Positions 40,674-52,527 of a stretch of 64,000 nt of DNA are shown one piece after another. Every line of letters begins with the position of its first letter. Positions within the stretch are counted from its first letter, which is position 1. Source of the DNA: Octopus sinensis (lineage: Eukaryota); contig NC_043007.1 in NCBI RefSeq assembly GCF_006345805.1, positions 34,038,001-34,102,000 on the forward strand. The letters are read 5' to 3'. The notes beneath the pieces are model-generated. The model was given only the letters and a program-made list of their open reading frames with translations. It had not been told where the DNA came from and did no database searches. Both the position numbers and the translations under genes were made by a program.

Positions 40674-40680
<7 letters not shown>
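40405..40680 (+). mobile_element. Foldback mini-element family F3 in (TA)n
   Basis: TATATAAAAGGGCTTAGTAAAATAAT...CTCATTAGAAATAGC inverted at about 40520-40590; terminal 90 bp is the reverse complement of 62535-62630. Confidence 0.8.
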
Positions 40681-40719
<39 letters not shown>

Positions 40720-41406
40720 TATATATATATTATCTTTTATGGATTTCAACCAGAGGATGATGCCATGCTGGTGCACCGCCTGTACTGCATCCGGGAATTG
40801 TTTCAGTATTGCTTCTGGTGAAGGATCAAATTTGATGTTGCTGCTCTTCGTTGCGCCTCCTGCTGCGATGTGGGTTCATCCGAAATTGCAGAAAAAATGC
40901 CGTCAGATGTTTTTCGAAGACTTCCACATAACAAATGCCTCCTTTTCTGTCTGTCTCCAAATGATGACTCTTTTTATAAATCGTTACTAAAATGTTCAAT
41001 ATAACAATTAACTTGATAAACGACAACAATAAATCTTACAGTTTCCTGAATAGGATATAAATTAAATAAAACACTAGGTAAAATCTCAATGAAAGATACG
41101 AATTGTTAAAATGATTATAAGTTTGCGGACCATTTACCACATCCAAAGACATTTGAAATGTTGTGCTTAATATTTTCGACAGTGTAGATGAAAATATTAA
41201 ATATTGTAATTCTGAAGACGAAGCTAATAGTCTGAAAAACTATAACGTATTATCTTCAGGTCTGTCTGATGACATAAATTTCTTAAATAGCTGATTAATG
41301 GACAGTTGTATTATATTTTTATATTAATCTCTGCCTATCTCTCACTCTCTGTATATAAAAACATATACATACATAAATATATACATACATGCATATATAT
41401 ATATGC

Positions 41407-41443
<37 letters not shown>

Positions 41444-41809
41444 ATATATATATATCTCGATATATCTATATATCTATCTATCTCTATTTATATTAATATA
41501 TATATATATAAAACTTGCTTGGAAGAAGACGACGCGTGCGTTCAATCATATAATAACAATTTAATAAATAAAACATATGCATACATACATATATGTACAT
41601 ACCTACATCTATATGTATATATATATATACATAATTACGGGTGCTACATGTGACACCAGCACGCTAAATATAACAGTTAGAAGACGACAACAACCACAAA
41701 TTTTCATTCGTACACATTAACTGAAATCGGGGGGAATGAGCAGAAATTGTACGCCCCGGTACACCAATAACGAAAAGAATCATGAATTGAAAAAGCCAGA
41801 CATCAAGAA

Positions 41810-42260
41810 TTGGTACAAGCGTGGCTTTCCGATCACTTGGTTTCTCGTTCAATCCTACCGCACGGCACTTTGTGCAAGTGTCTTCTACTATAGCTTCGGG
41901 CCGACTAAAGCCTCGTGAGTGAATTTGGTTGAAGGAAACTGAAAGAAGCCTGCCGCATATATGTGTGCGTGGTGTGTGTGTGTGCGTGTTCTTGTGAAAA
42001 TGTATCTATGTGTGTATGTCTTTGTGTTTGGTTGGTCTCCCACGATGACGACGACGACGACGACCACCACCACCACCACCACCACCGCCTGACAACTGTT
42101 GTCCCCATAGCTTTGCAAACAAATCGGACTCAAGGACTTATTCTTTTCAAGCGTAGTACTTATTCTATTTTGTATTCTCTTTTGTAAAACCGCTGAGCTC
42201 CGGGGGCGTAAACACACCAACACCTGCTGTCAAGTGGTGATGGTGGACAAACAGACACAA
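41810..42260. mobile_element. Two partial, oppositely oriented diverged SINE B copies
   Basis: B 5' part on plus (41810-42095), B 3' part on minus (42130-42260). Confidence 0.7.
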
Positions 42261-42503
42261 AAACACACATAGTTACACACGCTCTCTCTCTCTTTCTCTT
42301 TTGTTCTCTCTCTCTCCTCTCTCTCACACACACACACACACACAAACACACGTATATAAAATTAGAGAATGAAAGTTTAAACCGAGCGGTAATTGATAGT
42401 CACTGTGAAAGAAATGACAGTTACTGTGAAAGAAAAGACGATATAAGTTGTAGAAATTAATAATTAGCTTAAATTCATTTTCACCATATTTATCCCATTA
42501 TTT

Positions 42504-43083
42504 AAGGCGGTGAGCTGGCAGAAACGTTAGCACGCCGGGCGAAATGCGTAGCCGTATTTCATCTGCCGTTACGTTCTGAGTTCAAATTCCGCCGAGGTCG
42601 ACTTTGCCTTTCATCCATTCGGGGTCGATAAATTAAGTACCAGTTACGCACTGGGGTCGATATAATCGACTTAATCCGTTTATCTGTCCTTGTTTGTCCT
42701 CTCTGTGTGTAGCCCCTTGTGGGCTGTAAAGAAATAGGCATTTCGTCTGTCTTTGTGTTCTGAGCCAAATTCCGCCGAGGTCGACTTTGCCTTTCATCCT
42801 TTCGGGATCGATAAATTAAGTACCAGTTACGCACTGGGGTCGATATAATCGACTTAATCCGTTTATCTGTCCTTGTTTGTTCTCTCTGTGTGTAGCCCCT
42901 CGTGGGCTGTAAAGAAATAGGTATTTCGTCTGTCTTTGTGTTCTGAGCTCAAATTCCGCTGAGGTCTACTTTGCCTTTCATCCATTCGGGATCGATAAAT
43001 TAAGTACCAGTTATGTACTGGGGTCGATCTAATCGACTGACCTCTTCCCCCAAAATTTCGGGCCTTGTGCCTAGAGTAGAAAA
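42504..43083 (+). mobile_element. SINE family A trimer with terminal tail
   Basis: Units start at 42554, 42738, 42921; 19-bp TSD CATATTTATCCCATTATTT at 42485-42503 and 43084-43102. Confidence 0.93.
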
Positions 43084-43379
43084 CATATTTATCCCATTAT
43101 TTGGGTTATTATATTGATGTTTGTCTTTAGCTGTTGAACAACAGTGAAATACGCCCAACGTTCTTTCCTCGTGACCTATTCCCATCTTAATTGCGTCTAG
43201 TTATCTCTTCTATGCTCCATGCATTAAATACATTACTCTGTTAATTCAACATAGTACATAGTTTTTTCTTCTTATTTCTTGTCAACTTTTTAATGCGTCT
43301 TTGATTGAATATGATAAAAAGAACCGGGCTACCTATCTCCCTCTCTCGCCTTGTAGTTATCTATCGTTAGCTATTTAAT

Positions 43380-43930
43380 ACACCCTACAAGACATAAATT
43401 AACACTAACTTAAATCTCCCTGCTTCACCAAGTAATTATTTCTGTATAGTTATCTAATATCCCTTACATTAACTGTGTTAACGCTAAGTTTATCTGTGCA
43501 TCGTCAAATAGTTATTTCTAATTAACTGTTTGAATATTAATTATATTTAGATATGTTGGTCACTAATTTAACTATCTATCCATTTTAGCACATAATTACT
43601 ACTAGATAGTTATTTACTAACTTTAAACTAATTATATTAATACTAACTTTATCTCTTCATCTCGTCGCATAATTATTTCCAGTTAGTCATTTAAATATTC
43701 GTTACATAACATTAATTATGTTAAAATTAAATTAAGTATCTGTCTGCTTCGCCACTTCCTTGATTAACCCAATCTCTCTCCCTCTCTCTCTTTCACCACA
43801 TATTTATAATTAACTAATTAGTAGCTGTTAACTATTCTGTGCAATTCACATTACATATGTTAACGCTAACTTCACTACTTCACGACGTAGTTACTTCTAA
43901 TTAATCGTATTCTCTGTAATAATTGTTAAC
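43380..43930. repeat. Degenerate ~80-bp tandem repeat
   Basis: Motif (A)C(A/G)CTAA(C/G/T)TT...AATTATTTC...TTACAT recurs at about 43402, 43481, 43561, 43641 and 43863. Confidence 0.5.
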
Positions 43931-44336
43931 AACATGTTACGTATTGGTTTCAAATTTTGCACAAGGCCAGCAATTTCAAGGAAGTGAGCAAGTCAATTAC
44001 ATCGACCCCAGTACTCAACTGGTACTTATTTTATCGAACACGAAAGATGAAAGGCATAGTCGACCACAGTAGTATTTAAACTCAGAACGGAAAGGCAGAC
44101 AAAATGCCGGTGCGGTAACGATTCAGCTAACTCACCAACTTAACAATAAATTAAATATTACTTACAAGATATAGGTTACTGATATTCTTCGACGAATTGG
44201 ATCAGAAAATATTGGTTTCAAATTTTGCCAGCTGGCCGCCATATTGGATGAGAGAATATTAACACTGAAAAATATACTCCACATATTTACGTATCAACTA
44301 TCTGTATTCTGTCACGGGGTTCAAGAAAGGAGTAAC

Positions 44337-44921
44337 TTAAAAATAATGTAGGCACCAACTAGCAGGAGCATGTATATAATAAAGACCAATGAAGAGCATT
44401 GTTCTAAACGAACGGCGCAATGTTCTGTAGTAGTTAAGCTTCTTTGGTGTCATATTGACCAGAACAATACACAAGAAAGCGAATGCTATAGAAGCAATCA
44501 ATGAGATATTCAGAGATACCCACACGAAAGCACATAAGATACATCCTGTAATCAATACAGCCGTTTTCTTTGTAGATTTATATTCGCAAATATAAATGAA
44601 AGACTTCAAACGCAATTGTGACTCAGAGGTACAAATACTACAATACAACAGAGACGAGAAAACAGTCAAAACAAAAACTGAAATAAAACGTAAACAGCAG
44701 ATAATATCATTAACTAACCAAAATAAATATAATAGACTAAAACAGAAGATTTGGAGGGAAATTTTGATGGTTTGCACGAGCACATATTATATGCGTAATG
44801 TTCGCAAAACACGGAAAAAATATTTTGCCGAAAGGAAGAGAAGTGTAATGTATTGGATATAACCCTTTTGACGAAGCGAGATGAAAGAATTCTGTACGAA
44901 AACATTAGTTTTTCCCACTTC
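44337..44921 (-). pseudogene. Candidate decayed 7TM/class A GPCR-like frame (TM3-TM7)
   Basis: About 195 codons with one in-frame TAA just before the 148-aa ORF; five hydrophobic segments; EYKSTKKTAVLITG (ICL3/TM6-like) and N.TP...YYRTLRRSF..ML (TM7/helix 8-like). Confidence 0.4.
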
Positions 44922-45736
44922 CTAACGGTTAAATATAATATTTTTCCACATTGAGAATATATATATATATATATATGCATATGTATATGTATATATACAC
45001 AATGACAATAGTTACGGCATTGTTGTTAAGAGTTGTAAAGCCAGATAGCGATTACACGGCAAAAGTACAGCTGCTACGCGTATAGTTACAAGGAACTATT
45101 ACTGTTCTCCTCCTCCTGCTCCTGCTCCTGCTCCTGCTCCTCCTCCTGCTCCTGCTCCTCCTCCTGCTCCTCCTCCTCCTACCTCTCCTGCTCCTGCTCC
45201 TCTTAGTATTTATTCTATCGTATCTTTTGCCGAACTGCTAAATTACGAGAACGTAAACACACCAATAGCGGTTGTCAAGCGGTGGCGGCGGACAAAAACA
45301 GACACAAAGACACATACACATAAATACACACACACGCACATACACAAGCGCATACACACATACATATATAAATACGACGGTCTTTCAATTTCCATCGATT
45401 TCTAGCTGGTTATTTAACCATATAGAAGCAACAAGTTGGTTCATTCCTTAAAACACGGTCTTTTGTAACTAACCCTCATGATTCAACAAGTGAGCCCCCT
45501 TGTGGTTACTCAACCTGCAAAAAATACTAGCTAAATGACTTTCAGATGATACTTTATGTTTCAAGAAGGAGGTCACAATTGATAATCATTCAAAATTCGG
45601 AATGGTCATGACGTGAGTGGAATGGTTTATTGTGCTACATAGCGACAACCAGTCATTATGCATTAATTATTTTCTGCATAGATCGAAAACTGCAATATAC
45701 TGGGCTATGAAATGAAAAGAATATCAATAATATTGA

Positions 45737-45814
<78 letters not shown>

Positions 45815-47962
45815 TACGGCTGTAAAGACCAACTACTCATCAATAAGATGATCTTAGAAGATTGTCACAAACGACACAAAAACTTATCAATAGCCTGGAT
45901 AGACTATAAAAAGGCTTTTGATAGCCTACCACATAGCTGGATTAGGAAATGCCTTGAAATGTATAAGATAGCACCAACTCTGCGAAACTTCTTGACTGTA
46001 ATTATGAGATCATGGAGAACCACACTAACTCTGAACAATGACAGTGAATCCCTAAATGCTGGTGATGTAAAAATTTCGTGTGGCATTTTCCAGGGTGACT
46101 CACTGTCACCACTCCTCTTTTGTTTATCCTTAATACCTCTCTCAAAGCTGCTCAATGACGCGCAGTACGGGTATAAAATGTTTGATAAAAATATAAATCA
46201 TCTCGTTTACATGGATGATTTAAAGCTTTTTGCAAAAAATGATCAACAACTCAAGGGCTTACTAGCGATAGTCAAACAATTCAGTGACGACATCAGAATG
46301 CAATTCGGCCTCAAAGGAAAAATGACAGAAACATCTAACGTTAACCTTGACCAACAGAATGTCATAAAAGAACTAGACCCAGCGGAGAGCTACAAGTACC
46401 TAGGGGTAATTGAAGGGAACGGAATAAGGCATTCAGAGATGAAGGAAAGGATCAGGAGAGAATGCTATCGAAGAGTGAGAGCAATACTCAAGACAGAGCT
46501 GAATGCAAGAAACAGGATCGAAGCGATCAATGCATTAGCTATACCAGTCGTGACCTACAGTTTCAATATTGTTAACTGGTCAGTTACTGAAATATGTCAG
46601 CTCGACAGAAAAATAAGGAAACTGTTGACAATGCATAGAATGCACCACCCTAAGGCAGATACAGAACGACTCTATCTGCCAAGAAAAGAGGGAGGCCGTG
46701 GTCTTTTGCAACTGCAATAACAATGAAGATTGCTACAATTGGCCTAGACACCTACCTGAAAAACTCTGAGGACTAGATGTTAAAACTTGTCTCAAAACAT
46801 GAAAACAAGAAAGCATCATACTCAGTCACAAAACAGCAAAGGAATATCTAAGTGAATTCCGAATACAACCAATTTCGGAATTAGAGATAGATATACAAGA
46901 AACAAGCACAGAAAAAGCTAGGCGCATGAAAACCCGTGCCAAAACTGTGGCCTTAGATATTCTGAATAATAAATGGCAAGAAAAACCTCTCTATGGCAAA
47001 TACCCAAAGAGAGCGAATAATGCAGATATCGACAAAGCCCTGACCATCAATGGCTAATGGCCTCTGGCTTAAAATCTGAAACAGAGGGGTTTATCATAGC
47101 AGCTCAAGATCAATGCCTACCAACAAGAAACTACCAGGCCAACATATTAAAGATCAGAAGCAGTCCAACGTGTCGTGTATGCAAGCAACAAAATGAAACC
47201 ATTGACCATGTGGTCTCCAAGTGCAGTCTTCTAGCGCCTACAGAGTATCTCAACAGGCACGATAGAGCTGCACAATATATTCACTGGGTAATCTGTAAAA
47301 ACCTGGATTTGCCCCATGAAAAAACTGGTGGGAACACAAACCACCCCCAGTGCTTGAAAATGACCACATCTCACTCCTCTGGAACTTCACCATTCAAACT
47401 GACAGGAAGATAGATGCAAATAGGCCAGACATCATATTGAAAGACTTCAAACAAAGAACATGCCTCCTCATTGATATGACTGTCCCAATCGATATAAACG
47501 TATCTGTCAAGACCTACCAAAAACTGAGCAAATATAAAGATCTTGAAATAGAAATCAGCAAAATGTGGAAGCTGAAGACTAAAACAATACCTGTTGTCAT
47601 AGGTGCCCTGGGAATGATAGAAAAAGGGGCTGATAGCTACCTAACTCAGATACCAAGAAACCCAAAAATGGCAGAAGTTCAAAAGATAGTGCTCATGGGA
47701 ACTGCTCATATCCTACGCAAAATACTCTCTATGTAATCTCAAGGTTTAAAGCAAACATAATTTTCGGTTTAAAAGAAAGGAACCCCCCCCCTTTTTTTTC
47801 TTTTTTTTTTTAGACATTCATTAGTACAACATCCCCACCCCCCAAATATATGGCACACTAGGCATAACAACAACATGAACTTCCAACCCTGTTGTCTCTT
47901 GAGGTCTCTGGGTGAGACTTGGAGCCAACTTGTACAAATATAAAGCAAAAGTCAACATAGAA
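45815..47962 (+). mobile_element. 5'-truncated R4/Dong-clade RLE LINE inserted in (TAA)n
   Basis: RT: AWIDYKKAFDSLPHSW, GIFQGDSLSPLLF, YMDDLKL, HPKADTERLYLPRKEGGRGL; CCHC CRVC..ETIDHVVSKC; RLE RPDII..LIDMTVP..QKLSKY; (TAA)n on both sides. Confidence 0.93.
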
Positions 47963-48144
47963 TATAATAATAATAATAATATATGGTAAAGGGCGTGTGG
48001 TAAGAGACTGTTTTCACCCATATGTTTCAATTCAGCCTCACGGCATATATATATCTTGGGTAGGGATTTCGTCTAAAATCCCGGTCGACCAAATCCTTGT
48101 AATCGGATTTGAAAGAAAGCGAGACACGCATCGGCTATATATAT

Positions 48145-48187
<43 letters not shown>

Positions 48188-48202
48188 TATATATATATAT
48201 AT

Positions 48203-48455
48203 ATCTGTAATGTAATATGTGACAATTATTCAGTAGCCATGATAAAACCCCGAGTTCGGATGTCGAGTGGAAATCCACGCCGCCATCTCTTCAGTTATCC
48301 GGTCATCGGAAAAAATGCATTTTTTCCCCGACATCCGGAACTCGGAGTTTATCATGGCTACCGAATAATTGTCACATGTTACATTTACAGATAAATACTC
48401 TATTTACATAATATCGAGGTCTCTTTCATTCTTTTGTGTCTAAGCATTTCCATCA
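48203..48455. mobile_element. Foldback HHR mini-element family F4 in (TA)n
   Basis: About 62-bp inverted arms (48203-48265 and 48328-48392); HHR-like motif on minus strand. Confidence 0.8.
48241..48299 (-). ncRNA. Near-canonical hammerhead with a 1-nt defect
   Basis: GAUAA-CUGAAGA-GAUG...CAUC-C-GAAC-ucggg-GUU-UUAUC; stem I perfect, GAAA reduced to GAA. Confidence 0.55.
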
Positions 48456-48475
48456 ATATATGTGTATATATATAT

Positions 48476-48514
<39 letters not shown>

Positions 48515-48515
<1 letters not shown>

Positions 48516-49207
48516 AACGGTGCATCGTATAAGAAATACAGGGTAAATGTTTTTTAAATTTCTCCTGGTTTACTAATTGATTTTTATTTGCGGTTGAAGC
48601 TTTGGCTGTTATTTCTAGTGGGTGAATGGCCTATTATGGCCGTTCCTTGATTGTTGATGTTGAACTTAAAAATGGTCTATGACTATTTAATTTTTTCCCA
48701 CTAGGCCCTGGTGGCAAAAAATTCTACAAAATTTTTTGCCACCCTATATATGATTAATTATGAATTTTCTGGTTAATTCCGTATGGAATCGACGGCTTAT
48801 ATTATTTGCTGCCGATAAATTTGGCGCGAGTGCGATGATTTGAAAATTTTAGGTCAGATATTTGCCTTGGCAGGGTCGGAAATGCCTCGTGAAAATATCT
48901 GTTCCGACTTGGCTTTTCTTACTGAAGAATCTGAGGGCCTATGGAAGATTGGCTGATTTAATTTAATCAGGTTAGTTTACCATTAAACAGCAGATGAAAC
49001 GGTGCATCGTATAAGAAATTTTCTCCTGGTTTACGTAATTGATTTTTATTTGCGGTTGAAGCTTGGCTGTTATTTCTAGTGGGTGAGTGGCCTATTATGG
49101 CCGTCCTTGATTGTTGATGTGAACTTAAAAATGGTCTATGACTATTAATTTTTTCCCACTAGGCCGCTGGTGGCAAAAAAATCTACAAAATTTTTTGCCA
49201 CCCTATA
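48515..49207 (+). mobile_element. Partial-tandem (1.4-mer, 482-bp unit) HHR element, retrozyme/mini-Penelope-like
   Basis: 48515-48747 is repeated at 48997-49207; (TA)n on both sides; terminal 14-bp hairpin GGTGGCAAAAAATT/AATTTTTTGCCACC. Confidence 0.85.
48915..49018 (+). ncRNA. Type I hammerhead ribozyme with extended stem II
   Basis: Stem I UUUCUUA/UAAGAAA (7 bp), CTGAAGA 48922-48928, stem II AUCUG/CAGAU, GAAAC 48996-49000, near-palindromic ACGGUGCAUCGU, predicted cleavage after GUA at 49011. Confidence 0.88.
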
Positions 49208-50094
49208 TTGATATAATATATATATATATATATATAATATATATATATGTATGTATGTATGTGTGTGTGTATGCATATACACACAGATATATATACATAC
49301 ATATGTATATATACATTTGTGTGTGTATTTCTGTTTGTTCCCCATCACTGCTTCACAAATCGGTTTGTTTACAACCCCTCAAGCTAGCGATTCGGCAGAA
49401 GTGGCCGAGCCGATAGAGTAAATATCTGACTTAAAAATAAATACTGGAGGTCGATCTGTTCAACTACACACTTCAACGATTGCTTCATCACTGTCATAGT
49501 CCAATCATTAAACAAGTAAGAGATAAAGGACCTTTACTTCACCATCTTCAACATAATCTTCTCCCATAAGAGATGCTGTACGCTCAACACGAGTCAATTT
49601 ACTTTCTTCATTGGTCACTATGCATACCAACGTTAGTAGTTTCGTTAAATCTAATATTGCATCTAGCTACATCGTTATTTACTTTGGGAAATTATTTATG
49701 TCTTCCACATGGCACTTATAACAGATTAAGGCTCTGTCGCTTATTATTTTGCTGTAACTCCATGTGATATATTGTATTCTTGGTTTTCTCATAACTTGTT
49801 AAATGAAAATTTAACCTTTCCGATGCAAAATGTTAGCAGCTGAAAATGTCTGCGCTCTCACAATCAGCCGTCCGTTATTATTTATTTTGCTGTGAGAAAA
49901 AAAAAATTGAGCTTGACATACAGACAACAAAAGAAAACGGTTCAAGTGTTAACCTCTCGTTTTTTTAGTGTTCCTGTTGTTTTTCAGATTTCTCTACCAA
50001 AGAAGAGTAGTTTTTCAATGCAAGCTTTGATAAAGGGAAATTTTACTGTCGAAAAATATTACGCATGTTAATTGGCGTTTTAGAAACAACTCAT

Positions 50095-50335
50095 TTCGGC
50101 AGCAGAAAGTGCGGCGAGTCGGCGGGCTGCCGCTACTGCTGCGCTGTTAGAGGGTCTAAACAAGAGCATTCGGTGGTACTCGGGTGAGGGGGCCTGGCCG
50201 CGACTTGTGTGTGGCTCGGCAAGTTTCGCGAAGAAACTGCGCGCTAAGAGGCGAGGAACAACGGCCGCGCGTTACGGTGGTCATCGGAAGGCCACCCGGC
50301 CTAGGCCGAATCGCGCGGTCGGCGAGGTAGGAAGG
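50095..50335. promoter_or_regulatory. Isolated CpG-island-like segment followed by GA/CT tracts (candidate promoter or first exon)
   Basis: About 29 CpG in about 230 nt within an AT-rich window; not matched to any repeat family seen here. Confidence 0.45.
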
Positions 50336-51089
50336 AAGAGAGAATAGAGGTAGGAAGGAAGAGAGGATGGTCATGGAGCTCTCTCTCTCTCTCTCTGTTA
50401 TGTCGCACGTTCGGATGCCTCTACTACTCAACTCGACTCTCGACCGCTATTCTTCTCTGTTCTAGTCTACCACCGACTGCTACTCTTTCACGACGTCTAG
50501 ACTTCTCCCTCTATATCTACGTATTGGGCTAGCCTACTTCGTCGTCTGGGGGCGTCCACACAACACACACACTCTCTCTCTCATAACGTTGTTACATCTG
50601 AGATAACAGAAACGGGTGGCAATAAGAAGTTGAGCTCCTGAGGTGGTAGATATATGATTGTGAATTTGAACAAACTTGATTTTGGTTTTTAGATTATTGA
50701 CTTTTTCTTGTAGGGAATTAGTAATAATAGTACAGCCCTCCCACGTGACGACTGGAATGACATGGTCACTATAAGTAAGGTAGCGTCGGCCAGTATCGAG
50801 ACAGTACGGAGAGTACGGAGTACGAGAGTACATGTAGACTGTTGATAGCCGTGTCTGTACTGCTATAGCAATTATGCTCTGCTCCTGAGTGGACGTTATA
50901 ACGATCCAATCTTTTGGGGATAATAAAACTGTACGACTGTGAGTCATACAGTGCCAGATAGAAAGATTTTATCGACGATTTAGGAATATAACAATATATG
51001 GTCAGAACGACAACTGTCGTCAAAAGACAGATACAATAGTGGCAAAAGACAGCTTTATAGCATTTTTAGACTCAATGTTTCGGAAATAA

Positions 51090-51720
51090 TTCCACAAATT
51101 GTCAATTCTCATTGGAGGCTATCTATTAAAATTGAAACACCGGCAAATAAAATCTAATTACACGAAATTTTAGATCGCAAAATTCAGCTGAATAACCTTC
51201 TCCTGGCAATGCATCCATCTTATTTTAGAGACATACGGTAGATAATTCGTTGCAGTTATGAGGAGGTAATATTCTTGCATGTCTCCCTGAACTGCGCTTT
51301 AAGATGCCGCAAATTCCCAAATTTAGTACAGTTACAAAACAGGGTACGACTCCATGTATTGGCATTAATGTACAACAGCATAATAGTATTACTGAATGAA
51401 TTTGGCACAACGGGAAAACTAACAATATCTTAAATTAATTGTTATTCCATTGTTGCTGCTTTCCAGCTTATTATATCAAATGCCATTGAAAAGTCTATAA
51501 GCTATCGTTCTTTTCAAGTGGCAGGCGTCGATGCATATTTCTAGAGATTGTGTGTATCTAGTAATATTTCTATTTGGCCTGAAGCCAGACTGGAAAACTA
51601 CGGAACAATTCCTGCACTCTCGTTCTTCTTAGAATTGTGAGTAACATCCGATTGAAGAGATTCGCACTGGTGCACATAACGATAATCTTCATTGATATTC
51701 TAGGAATACTACGGTTTTGA
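51090..51720 (-). mobile_element. Decayed RTE-clade RT remnant
   Basis: SANLFNRMLL, QSGFRPNRN, LIDFSMAFDII, AVQGD in RT motif order. Confidence 0.75.
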
Positions 51721-51768
51721 ACAAACAGATAACGTAGTAGTGGTAGTAGTAGTTGCAGTAGCAGCAGC

Positions 51769-51823
<55 letters not shown>

Positions 51824-52161
51824 TTTGCAGTAGTGAGCGAAATCGTAGTAGTGGTAATAGACGTAGCAGGAACAGTAGTAATGTCACATTTTATACCGCT
51901 TTTCATTCTTCATATATATACACACACGCATATAAAAAATTAAATAAATATATAATTAAATTTAAAAATATATATATATATATATAAATTTATGAATTTA
52001 TAAGTATAAATTAATAATTTAAAATTAAAAAAAAATTTAAATAATTTAATTTCGAATTTTATATTTTATATATTTTGTATATTATATTAATTAATTTTAT
52101 TTCTATGTTTTGGTTTATGTTTTTCACTGTTTGATTTGCCTAATAGTGGTTTTATCTCTAA

Positions 52162-52192
<31 letters not shown>

Positions 52193-52220
52193 CATTTACA
52201 CACACACACACATATATACC

Positions 52221-52433
52221 CAGGGAGGTCCAAAAGTAGGTTTACAGTTATTACGTAGGCACTATAAATATCTTTTAAAGCATTTTATTACATTTAAATT
52301 TCTATCTTATTATTAACTAAATTAGCACAGAATAATGGTTTCATATTGTTTTCATGATTAAGATCTAAACTGTTTATATATGAATGCAAAAGAAATAGTT
52401 GAATAACTGTAAACCTACTTTTGGGCCACCCTG
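52221..52433. mobile_element. Tc1/mariner-type MITE
   Basis: 32-bp TIRs CAGGGAGGTCCAAAAGTAGGTTTACAGTTATT and AATAACTGTAAACCTACTTTTGGGCCACCCTG; TA at right flank. Confidence 0.85.
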
Positions 52434-52434
52434 T

Positions 52435-52475
<41 letters not shown>

Positions 52476-52527
52476 TATATATATATATATATATACATAT
52501 ATATAGAAGCGTTGAGATGTATTGAAA

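Noticed and set aside
40658-41029. Possible host exon (moderately GC-rich open frames)
   Set aside because: No recognisable protein motif or convincing splice pair; the ORF start lies in (TA)n.
41212-41275. CTGAAGA/CTGATGA motifs
   Set aside because: No supporting stems; likewise CTGATGAAAC near 7995 is mariner coding sequence and that near 33077 is Helitron body.
50639-50659. let-7-like sequence TGAGGTGGTAGATATATGATT
   Set aside because: Seed mismatch (GAGGUG vs GAGGUA) and no adjacent complementary arm for a pre-miRNA hairpin.
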